DNA from: an uncultured Gemmatimonadaceae bacterium
GTDB lineage: Bacteria > Gemmatimonadota > Gemmatimonadetes > Gemmatimonadales > Gemmatimonadaceae
Reading direction: 5' to 3'
Assembly (NCBI GenBank): GCA_964438255.1
Contig: CAYTKA010000010.1
Coordinates: 787 to 64,786 of the forward strand
DNA length: 64,000 nucleotides
The notes beneath the pieces are model-generated. The model was not told the DNA's origin. It saw nothing but the letters and a program-made list of their open reading frames with translations, and made no database searches. A program made the position numbers and the translations under genes. This document shows, piece by piece, positions 1 through 9,348 of the stretch (within the stretch, counting starts at the first letter, position 1; every line of letters begins with the position of its first letter).

Positions 1-3000
1 TCGCGAGGACCGCCGCCAGGTCGTCCAGTTGAAAGGGCTTGATGACGCTCGGTCGCCCCGACTCCGAGAGGAAGGTCCGTGCGTGCTCGCTCTGCGCGTC
101 GCCCGTCACGAACACGACGCGGCTGGCGTGGCGCGGGTCACGCTGCTCGAGCTCGCGGAACAACGCGTCGCCGCTGCCACCAGCCATGCGCAGATCGAGC
201 AGCACGACATCATACGCGTCGGACGCGAGAAGGGCTCGCGCCTCGGCAGGCGTGCTCGCCGTATCGACCGCATCGCCGAGCGTGCCGAGGTACGTCGAGA
301 TCGCGGCGCGCATGGTGGGCTCGTCGTCCACCACGAGCACCCGGCGTCCCGTACGCGGAATGGAAGCAGTGACGGCCTGCGCGGCGACCGCGGGCATCGC
401 GACCGCAACGCGCGGGAGCTGGATGATGAACGTGGCTCCCTCGCCGGGATGCGATTCGACCCGGATCTGTCCCCCGTGCTCGCGCACGATGCCGTCCGAG
501 ATCGAGAGCCCGAGCCCCGTGCCCTCACCCACCGGCTTGGTCGTGAAGAACGGATTGAAGATCTGATCGCGCTCTGCTGCCGGGATCCCCGGCCCGGAAT
601 CGGAGACGGCCAGCATGATCGAGCTCGTATCGTAGCGCGTCCACACGGCGACACGGCGCGGACCCTGCCAGCCCGCCAGCGCCTGCTCGGCGTTGGTGAA
701 CAGGTTGAGCACGACCTGCTGGAGCTGGTAGGGATCCGCCCATGTGCGCGGCAGTGTGGGGTCGAGCACGACATCGAGCTCGATCCCGGCGACGTTGAAT
801 GCATAGCGCCGCAGGGCGAGCGTGTCGTTCACGATCGCGTTGAGATCGGCCTCCATTCGCTCCGCCGGACGTTGCCGCGCGAAGGTGAGGAGATGCGACA
901 CGATCTTGGCCGCTCGCACCGACTCGTGGTGGATCGTCTCGAGCCCGCGGCGCATCTCGTCGTCCTCGGCGGCGCGCGACGCGAGCAGCAGCTCGGAGAA
1001 CGCCATCACCCCGGCGAGCGGATTGTTCAGCTCATGCGCGACGCCGCTCACGAGCTGTCCGACGGCGGCGAGCTTCTCCTGCTGGAGGAGCTGCGCGGCG
1101 AGCCGCTGTTCCTCGGTCACGTCGCGCATGATGCCGAGGACGCCGACGATCGCGCCGTCCTCGAACACGGGCGCCGTGATCACGCTGCCGTTTCGCACCT
1201 CACCATCGGCGGCGCGGTACCGCAGCGATCCACGGCATCGCTCGCCGGCGAACGTCTTGCGCAGCAGCTCCTCCGCCCCCTCCACGTCGCGTGCGTCGAG
1301 CACGCACGAGATGGGTGCGTCGATCAGCTCCGTGCGCGGGCGCCCCACGCCCATCTCCAGCGCGCGGTTCACTGCGGTAAAGCAGCCGTCGCGCCCGACC
1401 GTGAAGATTGCGTCGGACGCCGACTCGACGAGCCGCGTGTACCGAGCCTCGGAGCGCACCAGGGCGGCCGCGCGCGCACGCTCGTCCGTCACGTCGCGCG
1501 CCACCCCCAGCACACCGACGATCTGCGTGCCGGCGCGGATCGGCGTGTTCGTCACCGAGATCAGTCGCCGCTCGCCGTCGCTGCGCCGGAAATGGCACTC
1601 GTAGCGCACGGACTCGCCGTCCACCGCGCGGCGGAACTGCTCGACGACGTGCGCCAGATCGACGGCGTCTTCCTCGTCGAACAGCAGCCGCGAGCTCTGA
1701 GCGAGCAGTTCGGTGCGCGGTCGGCCACACATGCGCACGGTGGCCTCGTTCACCGACGTGAAGTTGCCCTCGAGGTCGAGGGTGTAGATCGAGTCCGACG
1801 CCGAGTCGAACAGGTTGCGGTAGCGGGCCTCGGACTGCGTGACCGCGTCGCGTGCACGGCGCTCCTCGGTGATGTCCCGCAGCGACGCAACGGTCCCCGT
1901 CACCTCACCCCCCTCCCGCAGCGGGGCCGTGGCAATCGCCACGATCCGACGCTCGCCATCGGCGCGCACGACGGCGCCCTCGTAACGTTGCGGCTGGCCG
2001 GCGAGCGCCTCGTCCTCGCGCTGGCGCACGAGGTCGCGCATGTCCGGGGGGAGCGTGCGCCAGACCGGCATGCCGATGAGCGACTCCCCGTAGCCGAAGA
2101 AGTCGATCGCCGCCGGGTTCGCAAAGGCAATGCGCCGCTCGCGATCGGTGATCACGATCGCGTCGCGCGAGGTCTCGACGACGAGACGATGCTGCTCGGC
2201 GACGGCACGCTGCTCCGTCGCTTCCTCGAACAGACGTGCGTTCACCACCGCCACGGCGACCTGGTCGGCAAGTCGCTCGAGGACGTTCGCGTCGACGCTC
2301 GTGAACGACTCCACGCGATTGAACACGGAGAGCGCGCCGATCGTCCCTTGATCGCCCGCAGAGAGCGGAACGATGATGAGGTTGCGCATCCCGGCGGCAC
2401 GCACGGTTGCCGGATGGGCGTCCGGATCTTCGCTCGTGCCGATGAAACTCTTCCCCGAGCGCACCACCCTGCCATTCAGGCTGCCGACGACTGGGAGGCG
2501 TAGTCCGACGAGCGCTTCGCCCGTTCCGATCCCGGCGACGACCTCCAGCGCATCGCCACGTTGCAGCGAAATGGAGGCGCCGTCCGTGCGGAGCAGCGCG
2601 ATCGCGTGGCGCAGGATGAGCCGCAGCACCTGCTCGAGCCGGAGTGATTCGCCGACGGCCCGCGACACGTCGGCGAGCGCTTCCGTCTGCCGCCGCTGCC
2701 GTTGACTCTCGGCGTACATCCGGGCGTTGCTCATCGCGGCCGCCGCCTGGCCCCCGATCGTGAGCAGGAGATCGACGTCGTCCGGATGGACCACCGCGCC
2801 GCCGCGATGCTCTATGGTGACGACGCCGAGCACGGAGCCGGCGAGGATCGCCGGCACAGCGACGCGCTGCCCCTCGACGACCACCCGACGTGCATCTGCC
2901 GCCCTGGCCGCGTGCGCGCTCACGGGGAGGGGCACGCTCGTCGCATCGGTCTCGTAGCCGTTACGCCGGTATGCGCGCGGCCAGGACACCCCTGCGTCGT

Positions 3001-3781
3001 CGGTGGCGAACACGGCGACGTCGGCACCGGGGAGAACGTTCTCCACCTCGCGCGCGAGCGCGCGCAGGATCGTGTCCTCGTCGAGCGAGCGGGCCAGGAC
3101 GGACCCCGTCTCGTGGAGCTTCTGCAGTCGTGCGGCGCGATGTTCGGCGAGGTCGGCGAGCGCGGCCCGCTCCAGCATCGCCGCGACCTGTCTGCCGAAC
3201 AGCTCCACCGTGCGGACGCGCGTCAGCGACGGCCGCGCACGGTCCGCCGGATCATCGAGCAGCAGCGTCGCAATGATCGTCCCGTCCGCACCCCGCAGGG
3301 GCACGAGCAGCGCGTCGTTGGGCGACCAGTCGGCGTCCGGCGACGGGGTCATCCGGCTCGCGACACCGCCGCCGAACGCGCTCGCGACCCACGGATCGCG
3401 GCCGTCGAGATAGTACGAGTCGCTGACCCGGAACCGCTCGATCGCCGCGAGCCGCTGGCGCCACGTTGCCCCCGAGGCGGGATTCGCGCGGAGCTCGCCC
3501 AACTCCTCGTCGGTGAGACCGGCGCCGACGACCGCCGTCGCCTCCATGTTCGCGTCACGCAGCGTGAGCGCGACACGGCCGAAACCGACCTTCCGGATGG
3601 CGTCGACGAAGATCTCGAGCCGAGCGCCGATCGTCGCGGCGCGCTCCGCCTCCACGAGCGCGTCGTGGAGCAGCAGCAGATGATCGCGCTCGCGCTGAAG
3701 CTCGCGCACTGCCTCGACAGGGACGGCGCCCGCCGATGCAGCGAGGAAATGTGTGCCGTCGAACGTGTCCCGACTGGTCAT
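1..3781 (-). CDS. Hybrid sensor histidine kinase/response regulator (GAF-like, 3x PAS, HisKA, HATPase_c, C-terminal receiver); C-terminus runs off the left edge
   Basis: Absent from the ORF track because no stop lies inside the window. My own minus-strand translation from ATG 3781-3779 stays open to position 2, and no listed minus ORF in 1-3781 uses this frame. Read directly: H-box VSGVAHELNNPLAG, G-boxes VSDSGPGIP and GEGTGLGLSISDGIV, then receiver RRVLVVDDEP...DVVLLDLRMAGG...VVFVTGD...VIKPF. ATGA overlap with the stop of the upstream lipid-kinase gene. Confidence 0.85.
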   Translation of the reverse strand, partial: MTSRDTFDGTHFLAASAGAVPVEAVRELQRERDHLLLLHDALVEAERAATIGARLEIFVDAIRKVGFGRVALTLRDANMEATAVVGAGLTDEELGELRANPASGATWRQRLAAIERFRVSDSYYLDGRDPWVASAFGGGVASRMTPSPDADWSPNDALLVPLRGADGTIIATLLLDDPADRARPSLTRVRTVELFGRQVAAMLERAALADLAEHRAARLQKLHETGSVLARSLDEDTILRALAREVENVLPGADVAVFATDDAGVSWPRAYRRNGYETDATSVPLPVSAHAARAADARRVVVEGQRVAVPAILAGSVLGVVTIEHRGGAVVHPDDVDLLLTIGGQAAAAMSNARMYAESQRQRRQTEALADVSRAVGESLRLEQVLRLILRHAIALLRTDGASISLQRGDALEVVAGIGTGEALVGLRLPVVGSLNGRVVRSGKSFIGTSEDPDAHPATVRAAGMRNLIIVPLSAGDQGTIGALSVFNRVESFTSVDANVLERLADQVAVAVVNARLFEEATEQRAVAEQHRLVVETSRDAIVITDRERRIAFANPAAIDFFGYGESLIGMPVWRTLPPDMRDLVRQREDEALAGQPQRYEGAVVRADGERRIVAIATAPLREGGEVTGTVASLRDITEERRARDAVTQSEARYRNLFDSASDSIYTLDLEGNFTSVNEATVRMCGRPRTELLAQSSRLLFDEEDAVDLAHVVEQFRRAVDGESVRYECHFRRSDGERRLISVTNTPIRAGTQIVGVLGVARDVTDERARAAALVRSEARYTRLVESASDAIFTVGRDGCFTAVNRALEMGVGRPRTELIDAPISCVLDARDVEGAEELLRKTFAGERCRGSLRYRAADGEVRNGSVITAPVFEDGAIVGVLGIMRDVTEEQRLAAQLLQQEKLAAVGQLVSGVAHELNNPLAGVMAFSELLLASRAAEDDEMRRGLETIHHESVRAAKIVSHLLTFARQRPAERMEADLNAIVNDTLALRRYAFNVAGIELDVVLDPTLPRTWADPYQLQQVVLNLFTNAEQALAGWQGPRRVAVWTRYDTSSIMLAVSDSGPGIPAAERDQIFNPFFTTKPVGEGTGLGLSISDGIVREHGGQIRVESHPGEGATFIIQLPRVAVAMPAVAAQAVTASIPRTGRRVLVVDDEPTMRAAISTYLGTLGDAVDTASTPAEARALLASDAYDVVLLDLRMAGGSGDALFRELEQRDPRHASRVVFVTGDAQSEHARTFLSESGRPSVIKPFQLDDLAAVLA

Positions 3782-4758
3782 CGACGAGGAACGAGGAGCT
3801 GAGCGGCGAGGGGGTCCACGGTAATCTCGACCGGCGTAGGTCCGATCAGCTCCCCGTCGGCCTGCATGATCAGCACGGGGTCCGTCGTGAGCCGGAAGCG
3901 TCGCCCTTTTCTATATAGTATCGCCGCGTCGGGACGAAAGTCGCGTCTTGTCACACGCCACATGATACGCAGCGCGTCAAGTAAGTTGGTGGGCGAGAAG
4001 ACGCAGCAATCCAGCATCCCGTCGTCGACGGCGATGTCCGGCCCGAACGCGATCCGATCGTCGAGGATCGCCCCGAAGTTGGCGAACATGACGGCGGCGG
4101 CGTGGCGTTCGATCACCTCGGGCTGATCGTCCACCTGCACCCGGACGGCGAAGAAGCGCCGGAACAGCAGCGCGCGCAGCGCCGCCTTGGTCGCGATCAG
4201 CGTGTACGCGAGCACGCCCAGCCGCCGTTTCAGCCAGCGCGGTGTTTCCTCGATCATCGCGGCGTCGATGCCGACGCCCGCCGCGATGGCGAAGCGGCGG
4301 CCGCGCACCACGCCGAGATCGATGCACCGCACCTCACCGTCGAGCAGGGCGGGGACGGCACGCTTGATCGACCGCGGAATGCCGAGCGCTCCGCCGAGCA
4401 GGTTGCCCGTACCGCCGGCGAGCACGCCGATGGCAACGCGCGAGTTGGCGAGCGCGCCGGCAACTTCCATCGCCGTGCCGTCGCCACCGAGCGTGAACAC
4501 CATGTCGTAGCTCGCGCCGCGCGCCGCGGCGATCTCCGCCGCATGCCCCGAGTGCTCGGTTCGCGCGACGTCACACGCGGCCCCGGCCGCGCGCAGCGCA
4601 GCGCTGGCAGCCGCTTCGAGGCGCGCGCCCTGACGCGACGCAGGGTTCGCGATGAGAAGAACGCGCCGTGTCAGAACGACCAGGACCGAAAGAGGGAAAG
4701 CCCCCACTGCTGCGGGGTCTGCACGAAGCCGCGGATGGCGTCCGACCCCCCGCTGCAA
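3778..4758 (-). CDS. Diacylglycerol-kinase-family lipid kinase (YegS/LCB5-like)
   Basis: 326-aa ORF with DAGK catalytic-domain signatures LLIANPASRQG, FTLGGDGT and GVLAGGTGNLLG. The only possible starts (TTG 4758, GTG 4707) both overlap the tamB 3' end (stop 4671-4673). Confidence 0.8.
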   Translation of the reverse strand: MQRGVGRHPRLRADPAAVGAFPLSVLVVLTRRVLLIANPASRQGARLEAAASAALRAAGAACDVARTEHSGHAAEIAAARGASYDMVFTLGGDGTAMEVAGALANSRVAIGVLAGGTGNLLGGALGIPRSIKRAVPALLDGEVRCIDLGVVRGRRFAIAAGVGIDAAMIEETPRWLKRRLGVLAYTLIATKAALRALLFRRFFAVRVQVDDQPEVIERHAAAVMFANFGAILDDRIAFGPDIAVDDGMLDCCVFSPTNLLDALRIMWRVTRRDFRPDAAILYRKGRRFRLTTDPVLIMQADGELIGPTPVEITVDPLAAQLLVPRR

Positions 4759-7700
4759 CGCAGCGCGCTCGCCGCCGGCTCCCGGCCGGCGCGCAGTGAG
4801 AAGCGATCGGCGCCCGAGAGCGGGAACCGATACTCGAGCTTTCCCTCGATCGTGTTCGAGAGGCCGCGCAGCCCCTGCGACTCGGCACCGGTGCCGTTGC
4901 TTCCACCCAGCAACGGCTGGAGCGCACAGAGCCCCGTGCTGAAGCTCAGGAAGAGTCGATCACTGATCTGCTTCTCACCGCCGACGCGCGTCGTGTACAG
5001 AAAGCCGAACTGATTGTTCGTTCCGGGCTGGTTGACCGTGTTGTCGTACGCCGCCCCCGATTGAATCTGGAACAGATCCATGAAGCCGAGCTGGTCGCGC
5101 AGCGACTTGCTGAGCGTCGCCGTCGCCGTGGGCAGCAGGAACTCGATCACGCGCTGTGTCTGCGACGGGCCACCCACGCCACCGCCGCCCGTGAGGCCGG
5201 CGAGCTCTTCGCTCTTGCGGCCGGTCACGAGATAGCTCACGAGATCCGACGGGGAGATCGACGCATCGGTGCTGGACAGCGCGAGTGACGGCTGCGGGAA
5301 GAAGTTTCCGGAGATGTGCGCCAGCACGCCGATGTCGGCGCGGTTCGTCTGCTTGACCTGGTAGAGCGCTTTGACGTCGATCTCGGGGTTGAAGTCCGGC
5401 GTCCCGAAGAAGGTGATGCGCCCGCTCTGCACCTGGAACTCGCGTCGCACCACGTCGAGATCGAGGGTGTACGTGCCGCGGTCGGCGCTCAGCGTACCGC
5501 TCAACGCGAGTGTGTACTTCGGTGCGATGCGCGTCGTATCGGCGAAGGGATCGAAGGTCGAGATGCGCGTGTCCCGCTCGTCACGCGCTCGTGTCACGTT
5601 GAGCGAACCGCCCAGCTTGATGTTCGCTTCCTTCGACCGCAGCCACACGTCGTCGCCGACGTTGACGGAGACACCGGCAAGGCGTAGATGCTCCACGAGC
5701 TTGCTCTGCGTCGCCGGCATCAACGGCTTGATGCGCACGTCGGTCGTGTCGAACTGCATCGCGAAGTCGTCGAGCGTCAACTCGACGAGCTCCTTCTTGA
5801 TCAGCTCGGGGATGAAGATCGTGCCCCGATCCACGTTCAGCGCGCCGCTGAGCGTCGCGTCGTCGGGCGTGCCGTTCAGCGTGATTCCCGAGCGCCCCGT
5901 GGAGACGTCGAGTCGCGCCAGCGAACGCCTGTCGACGACGCGCAGTGCATGCGCGTCGAGCCGCAGGGCGAACCGCGGATTGTAGAGATCACGGAACACC
6001 ATCGCTCCGCCAAGCGACGCGGTACCTCCACTCGCCGGACTCGTCCACCGCAGATGATCGATCGCGAGTGAATCGCGGTCCGCGTTCACCCGCATCGCGC
6101 CATCGATCGCCGTGAACCGGAGGCCCGCGGTCGGCACGTCGAACGCACCGTCATGCACGCTCGCGACCCCGCCGACGTGCGGCCGGCCCGGATCGCCGCT
6201 GAGGGCGAGATCGAGCACGAGCCGACCGCTGACGTTCTGCAGCTTGTCCGACACCGCCTGCACGAGCGCGAGATCCACGCTGTCGCCGCGAATGCGGCCG
6301 CGCAGGGCGTCGCCCGTCGCGCGCACCGCGAAGAGCGTCAGCGCGATCGGATAGTCCACGTCGACGTCGAGGATCGAGCGGCCGCCGCGCAGGAGCTGCG
6401 CCTGCAATCGCGCACGCTCCTGACCGTAGCCGCCGTTCACGGTGAACGCCTCGAGCGGGATCGCGCCCACCTTGAGCGTCCGTGCCCCCGCGCTCCACGT
6501 CATCACCGGCCGGTCGCGCGTGCCGGTGATGTCGACGTCCGCATTCATCCGCCCCTCGAACGACGGCGGGAGCTGCGCGAGTCGTCCAAGATCGGCGAGC
6601 GGGACGCCGCTCGCCTCGAAGTGTCCCCGCGCCGGTGCGCCGACACCGGAGCCGCGCACGAACCCGCTGATGCGCGCGCCCGTCGCGTCCGCGAAGGCGA
6701 GCGTATCGAGGGACAGCCGCGTCGGCGACGAGACGAGGTGCGTCGGCCGACGCAGCGCCCACCGTGCCGTACCGATCGACGCGTTGAGGGTGTCGAGCTG
6801 CAGGGTGGTCGTGTCCCCGAGCAGCGTGAGCTCACCTGCGGCGCGGACCCGGTCTCCATTGTCCGCCAGCGTGCCGATGCCGAAGCGCGTCCGACCACGG
6901 TCGAGCATCCGCGCGCTGGCCACCGCGCTTCGCATGTGCAGCCCCGCCGTGACGATCGTGTCCGCCCGCAGCTCCACGTTCGCCGTCGTGCGACCGTGCA
7001 CACTGCGCACGGCCAGCGTGCCCTTCATCGCGTTCGCATGCCCGGCACTCGCCTGCAATCCCTTTCCCTGCACCGCGCCGTGCAGATCCAGCGAATCGAG
7101 CCAACCGCGCAGCGCACCGCGGAACGCGAGCGTACCACGGAGCGTGTCCGCCCTGGTGCGTCCACTCGTTGCCGCCGTCGCCGTCTCGAGGTAGCGGCGC
7201 AGTCCGCCCAGCGAATCCACGTCCACGGCGAGTGAAAGCGAGTCGGCGCCCGCGGAACGCGTGAGGCCGAGCGTGCCGTGCGCGCGCAGCGTCCCCGGCA
7301 TTCCCTCGACGCGAAGCGTGTCCACGTGCAGCACGCCGAGATCGAAGCGGAGCCGCGACGTCGCCGACGCGACGCGCACGCTATCGATCTCCGAGCCGCT
7401 CAGGCGAAGCCCGACCGCGCCGGCGAGCGTGGCCAGCGAGTCGCCGACGAGATCCACGTCGTACGTACCGGCGAGTCTCGTCGCCGGCTTTGCCATGCCG
7501 AACAGCGCTGTGGCATTCAGCGCGTCGAACGATCCGCCACCGCGGGCGCCGTAGCCGCCAACCGAGTCGGCGTCGACGTGGCCCGAGTACACGATGTGCC
7601 CCGCCGCGCCGGTGAGATCGGCGTCGACGAGAAGATCGGGCGCCATCCCCTTCACTTTGATCGGACCGGAGAAGGTGCCGCGTAGGGGGAGCTTGGGATA

Positions 7701-9335
7701 CGATCGCCCCAGCGTGGTGAGGGAGAGCGGTGCCGCGCGGAGATCGAGATCGTACGTCATGTACTTCACGCCGTACGTGATCCGTCCGCCCCCGGTCGCA
7801 CGGCTCGGCTCGGCCGGTCCGTCCACGTGCGTCAGCGCGGCGTTCGACACGCGCACGTCGAGCCACGACGAATCCAGCACCGCGCTCCCCTTCACGATGC
7901 CGCCGATCTTCGGGAAGTTCGGGTAGATCTTCGTGATGCTGCGCAGGTCGAGCCTGTCCGTGGCCGCCGTGAAGTGATGGAACTTCGTGAACGCGGGAAG
8001 GAGGATGTCCAGCTCCCCGTGTCCGGTGAGATGCGACACCGCGCCCGGCACGTGCGCGTCGCGGAAGGTCATGTTCGCCGCGTCGACGTAGAAGCGATTC
8101 AGCGGGCCGCCGCGCGCCGTCACCGTCCCGGTGAGCGTGCCCCGCCAATCGGCCGGGAAGGGCTTGCCGTTCAGCGTGCGCAGAAGATCCCAGTCCACGG
8201 GATCGGCCTGCATCTTCACGTCGTGCACCTTCAGCACTTTGCCGCCCACCTCGAACGTCATCGACCCGCGCAGCCGCGACTTCGTCGTGCGGACGTCCAT
8301 GTCGCTGATCGCGTAGTCGAGCAGATTGAGGTTCGGCTCGTTCTTGATGTCGAGCACCATCCTGCCGCCACCCGTGCGCGGCAGCGTGGGATACACCCAG
8401 GCCACGTCGGCCAGGGAAACGGAGTCCCCCCAGACGCGAAGCCCGTAGCGAACCGGGAGATCGCTCCCCCACGTCACCCGCCCCTCGGCGTGCCCGGTGG
8501 AGCCGGGAAGATCCCAGTGCGGTGCCTTGAGCCACACCGTGTCACCGCGCAGCCGCACGACCCCCTTCACGTTGCGCCACTTGAAGGGCGGCACCGATTC
8601 GTCCGCATGCAACGTGTCGACGACAAACAGCTTGCCGGCGCTGTCGGGATCGTTGATGCGCGCGTACGGCACGAATGCGTAGGCGTTCGTCCAGCGGTAG
8701 GTCTGCGTGTAGCCCTCGCGCGTACGGCGGATCTCGTGCTCCTTCGACACGAGACTCGCGTGGATCGCGCTGTCCCGCCGTACGCCGTGCAGCGAGTCGT
8801 CGGGATGCCACGGGATGGTCACCCGGAAGTGCGCATTGCGCACGTGCGCCGAATCCACGACGACGTAATCGCCGAAGCCGCGCCCGGGGCCACGGGGAAG
8901 CGACGGCTTTCCCGTCTCGAGCATCCGCTTGAAGTTCCAGCTCCAGTTCTCGTGCTGGCGCAGCACGATCACCGGATTCTGGACCTCGACCTGCCGGAAG
9001 TGGAGGCGCCGGTCCACGAGGTCGCGCGGGTCGTACTGCAGGCGGATCGGCCCGGAGGCGACGAACAGCGAGTCTTCGTCGTCGCGCAGCTCGAGCGAGT
9101 CGATCTCGAGGCCGGTGATGAAGTTCCCGCTGACTCGCCCGACGTGGAGCTTGCCGTGCATCGAGGATCCGACCTGGAGCTCGACCCACTTCCGCAGCGC
9201 CCGCTGACCGGTCTCGGTCTTCGTGGCCACCACGCCGACGCCCAGCACGATGACGCCGAGCACGGCGAGCGTGCACAGGCTCACGAGAGCGATGAAGCGG
9301 CGGCGCGTCATGCGCGGACGGCGAGCGGCGGGCAA
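4671..9335 (-). CDS. tamB: TamB-like translocation and assembly module protein (AsmA/DUF490 family)
   Basis: 1554 aa. N-terminal signal anchor RRRFIALVSLCTLAVLGVIVLGV, a very long beta-rich body and a DUF490-like C-terminal region. Lies 13 nt downstream of an Omp85 gene, the classic TamA-TamB arrangement. Confidence 0.8.
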   Translation of the reverse strand: MPAARRPRMTRRRFIALVSLCTLAVLGVIVLGVGVVATKTETGQRALRKWVELQVGSSMHGKLHVGRVSGNFITGLEIDSLELRDDEDSLFVASGPIRLQYDPRDLVDRRLHFRQVEVQNPVIVLRQHENWSWNFKRMLETGKPSLPRGPGRGFGDYVVVDSAHVRNAHFRVTIPWHPDDSLHGVRRDSAIHASLVSKEHEIRRTREGYTQTYRWTNAYAFVPYARINDPDSAGKLFVVDTLHADESVPPFKWRNVKGVVRLRGDTVWLKAPHWDLPGSTGHAEGRVTWGSDLPVRYGLRVWGDSVSLADVAWVYPTLPRTGGGRMVLDIKNEPNLNLLDYAISDMDVRTTKSRLRGSMTFEVGGKVLKVHDVKMQADPVDWDLLRTLNGKPFPADWRGTLTGTVTARGGPLNRFYVDAANMTFRDAHVPGAVSHLTGHGELDILLPAFTKFHHFTAATDRLDLRSITKIYPNFPKIGGIVKGSAVLDSSWLDVRVSNAALTHVDGPAEPSRATGGGRITYGVKYMTYDLDLRAAPLSLTTLGRSYPKLPLRGTFSGPIKVKGMAPDLLVDADLTGAAGHIVYSGHVDADSVGGYGARGGGSFDALNATALFGMAKPATRLAGTYDVDLVGDSLATLAGAVGLRLSGSEIDSVRVASATSRLRFDLGVLHVDTLRVEGMPGTLRAHGTLGLTRSAGADSLSLAVDVDSLGGLRRYLETATAATSGRTRADTLRGTLAFRGALRGWLDSLDLHGAVQGKGLQASAGHANAMKGTLAVRSVHGRTTANVELRADTIVTAGLHMRSAVASARMLDRGRTRFGIGTLADNGDRVRAAGELTLLGDTTTLQLDTLNASIGTARWALRRPTHLVSSPTRLSLDTLAFADATGARISGFVRGSGVGAPARGHFEASGVPLADLGRLAQLPPSFEGRMNADVDITGTRDRPVMTWSAGARTLKVGAIPLEAFTVNGGYGQERARLQAQLLRGGRSILDVDVDYPIALTLFAVRATGDALRGRIRGDSVDLALVQAVSDKLQNVSGRLVLDLALSGDPGRPHVGGVASVHDGAFDVPTAGLRFTAIDGAMRVNADRDSLAIDHLRWTSPASGGTASLGGAMVFRDLYNPRFALRLDAHALRVVDRRSLARLDVSTGRSGITLNGTPDDATLSGALNVDRGTIFIPELIKKELVELTLDDFAMQFDTTDVRIKPLMPATQSKLVEHLRLAGVSVNVGDDVWLRSKEANIKLGGSLNVTRARDERDTRISTFDPFADTTRIAPKYTLALSGTLSADRGTYTLDLDVVRREFQVQSGRITFFGTPDFNPEIDVKALYQVKQTNRADIGVLAHISGNFFPQPSLALSSTDASISPSDLVSYLVTGRKSEELAGLTGGGGVGGPSQTQRVIEFLLPTATATLSKSLRDQLGFMDLFQIQSGAAYDNTVNQPGTNNQFGFLYTTRVGGEKQISDRLFLSFSTGLCALQPLLGGSNGTGAESQGLRGLSNTIEGKLEYRFPLSGADRFSLRAGREPAASALRCSGGSDAIRGFVQTPQQWGLSLFRSWSF

Positions 9336-9348
9336 CGGTCGAAGCAGC

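Noticed and set aside
29-2503. An 824-aa plus-strand ORF, and further plus ORFs up to about 3802, covering the left end of the window.
   Set aside because: The composition is Arg/His/Gly/Ala/Asp-rich with no recognisable domains. The opposite strand translates into a clean GAF-PAS-HisKA-HATPase-REC histidine kinase in one uninterrupted frame. This is a typical high-GC antisense shadow ORF.
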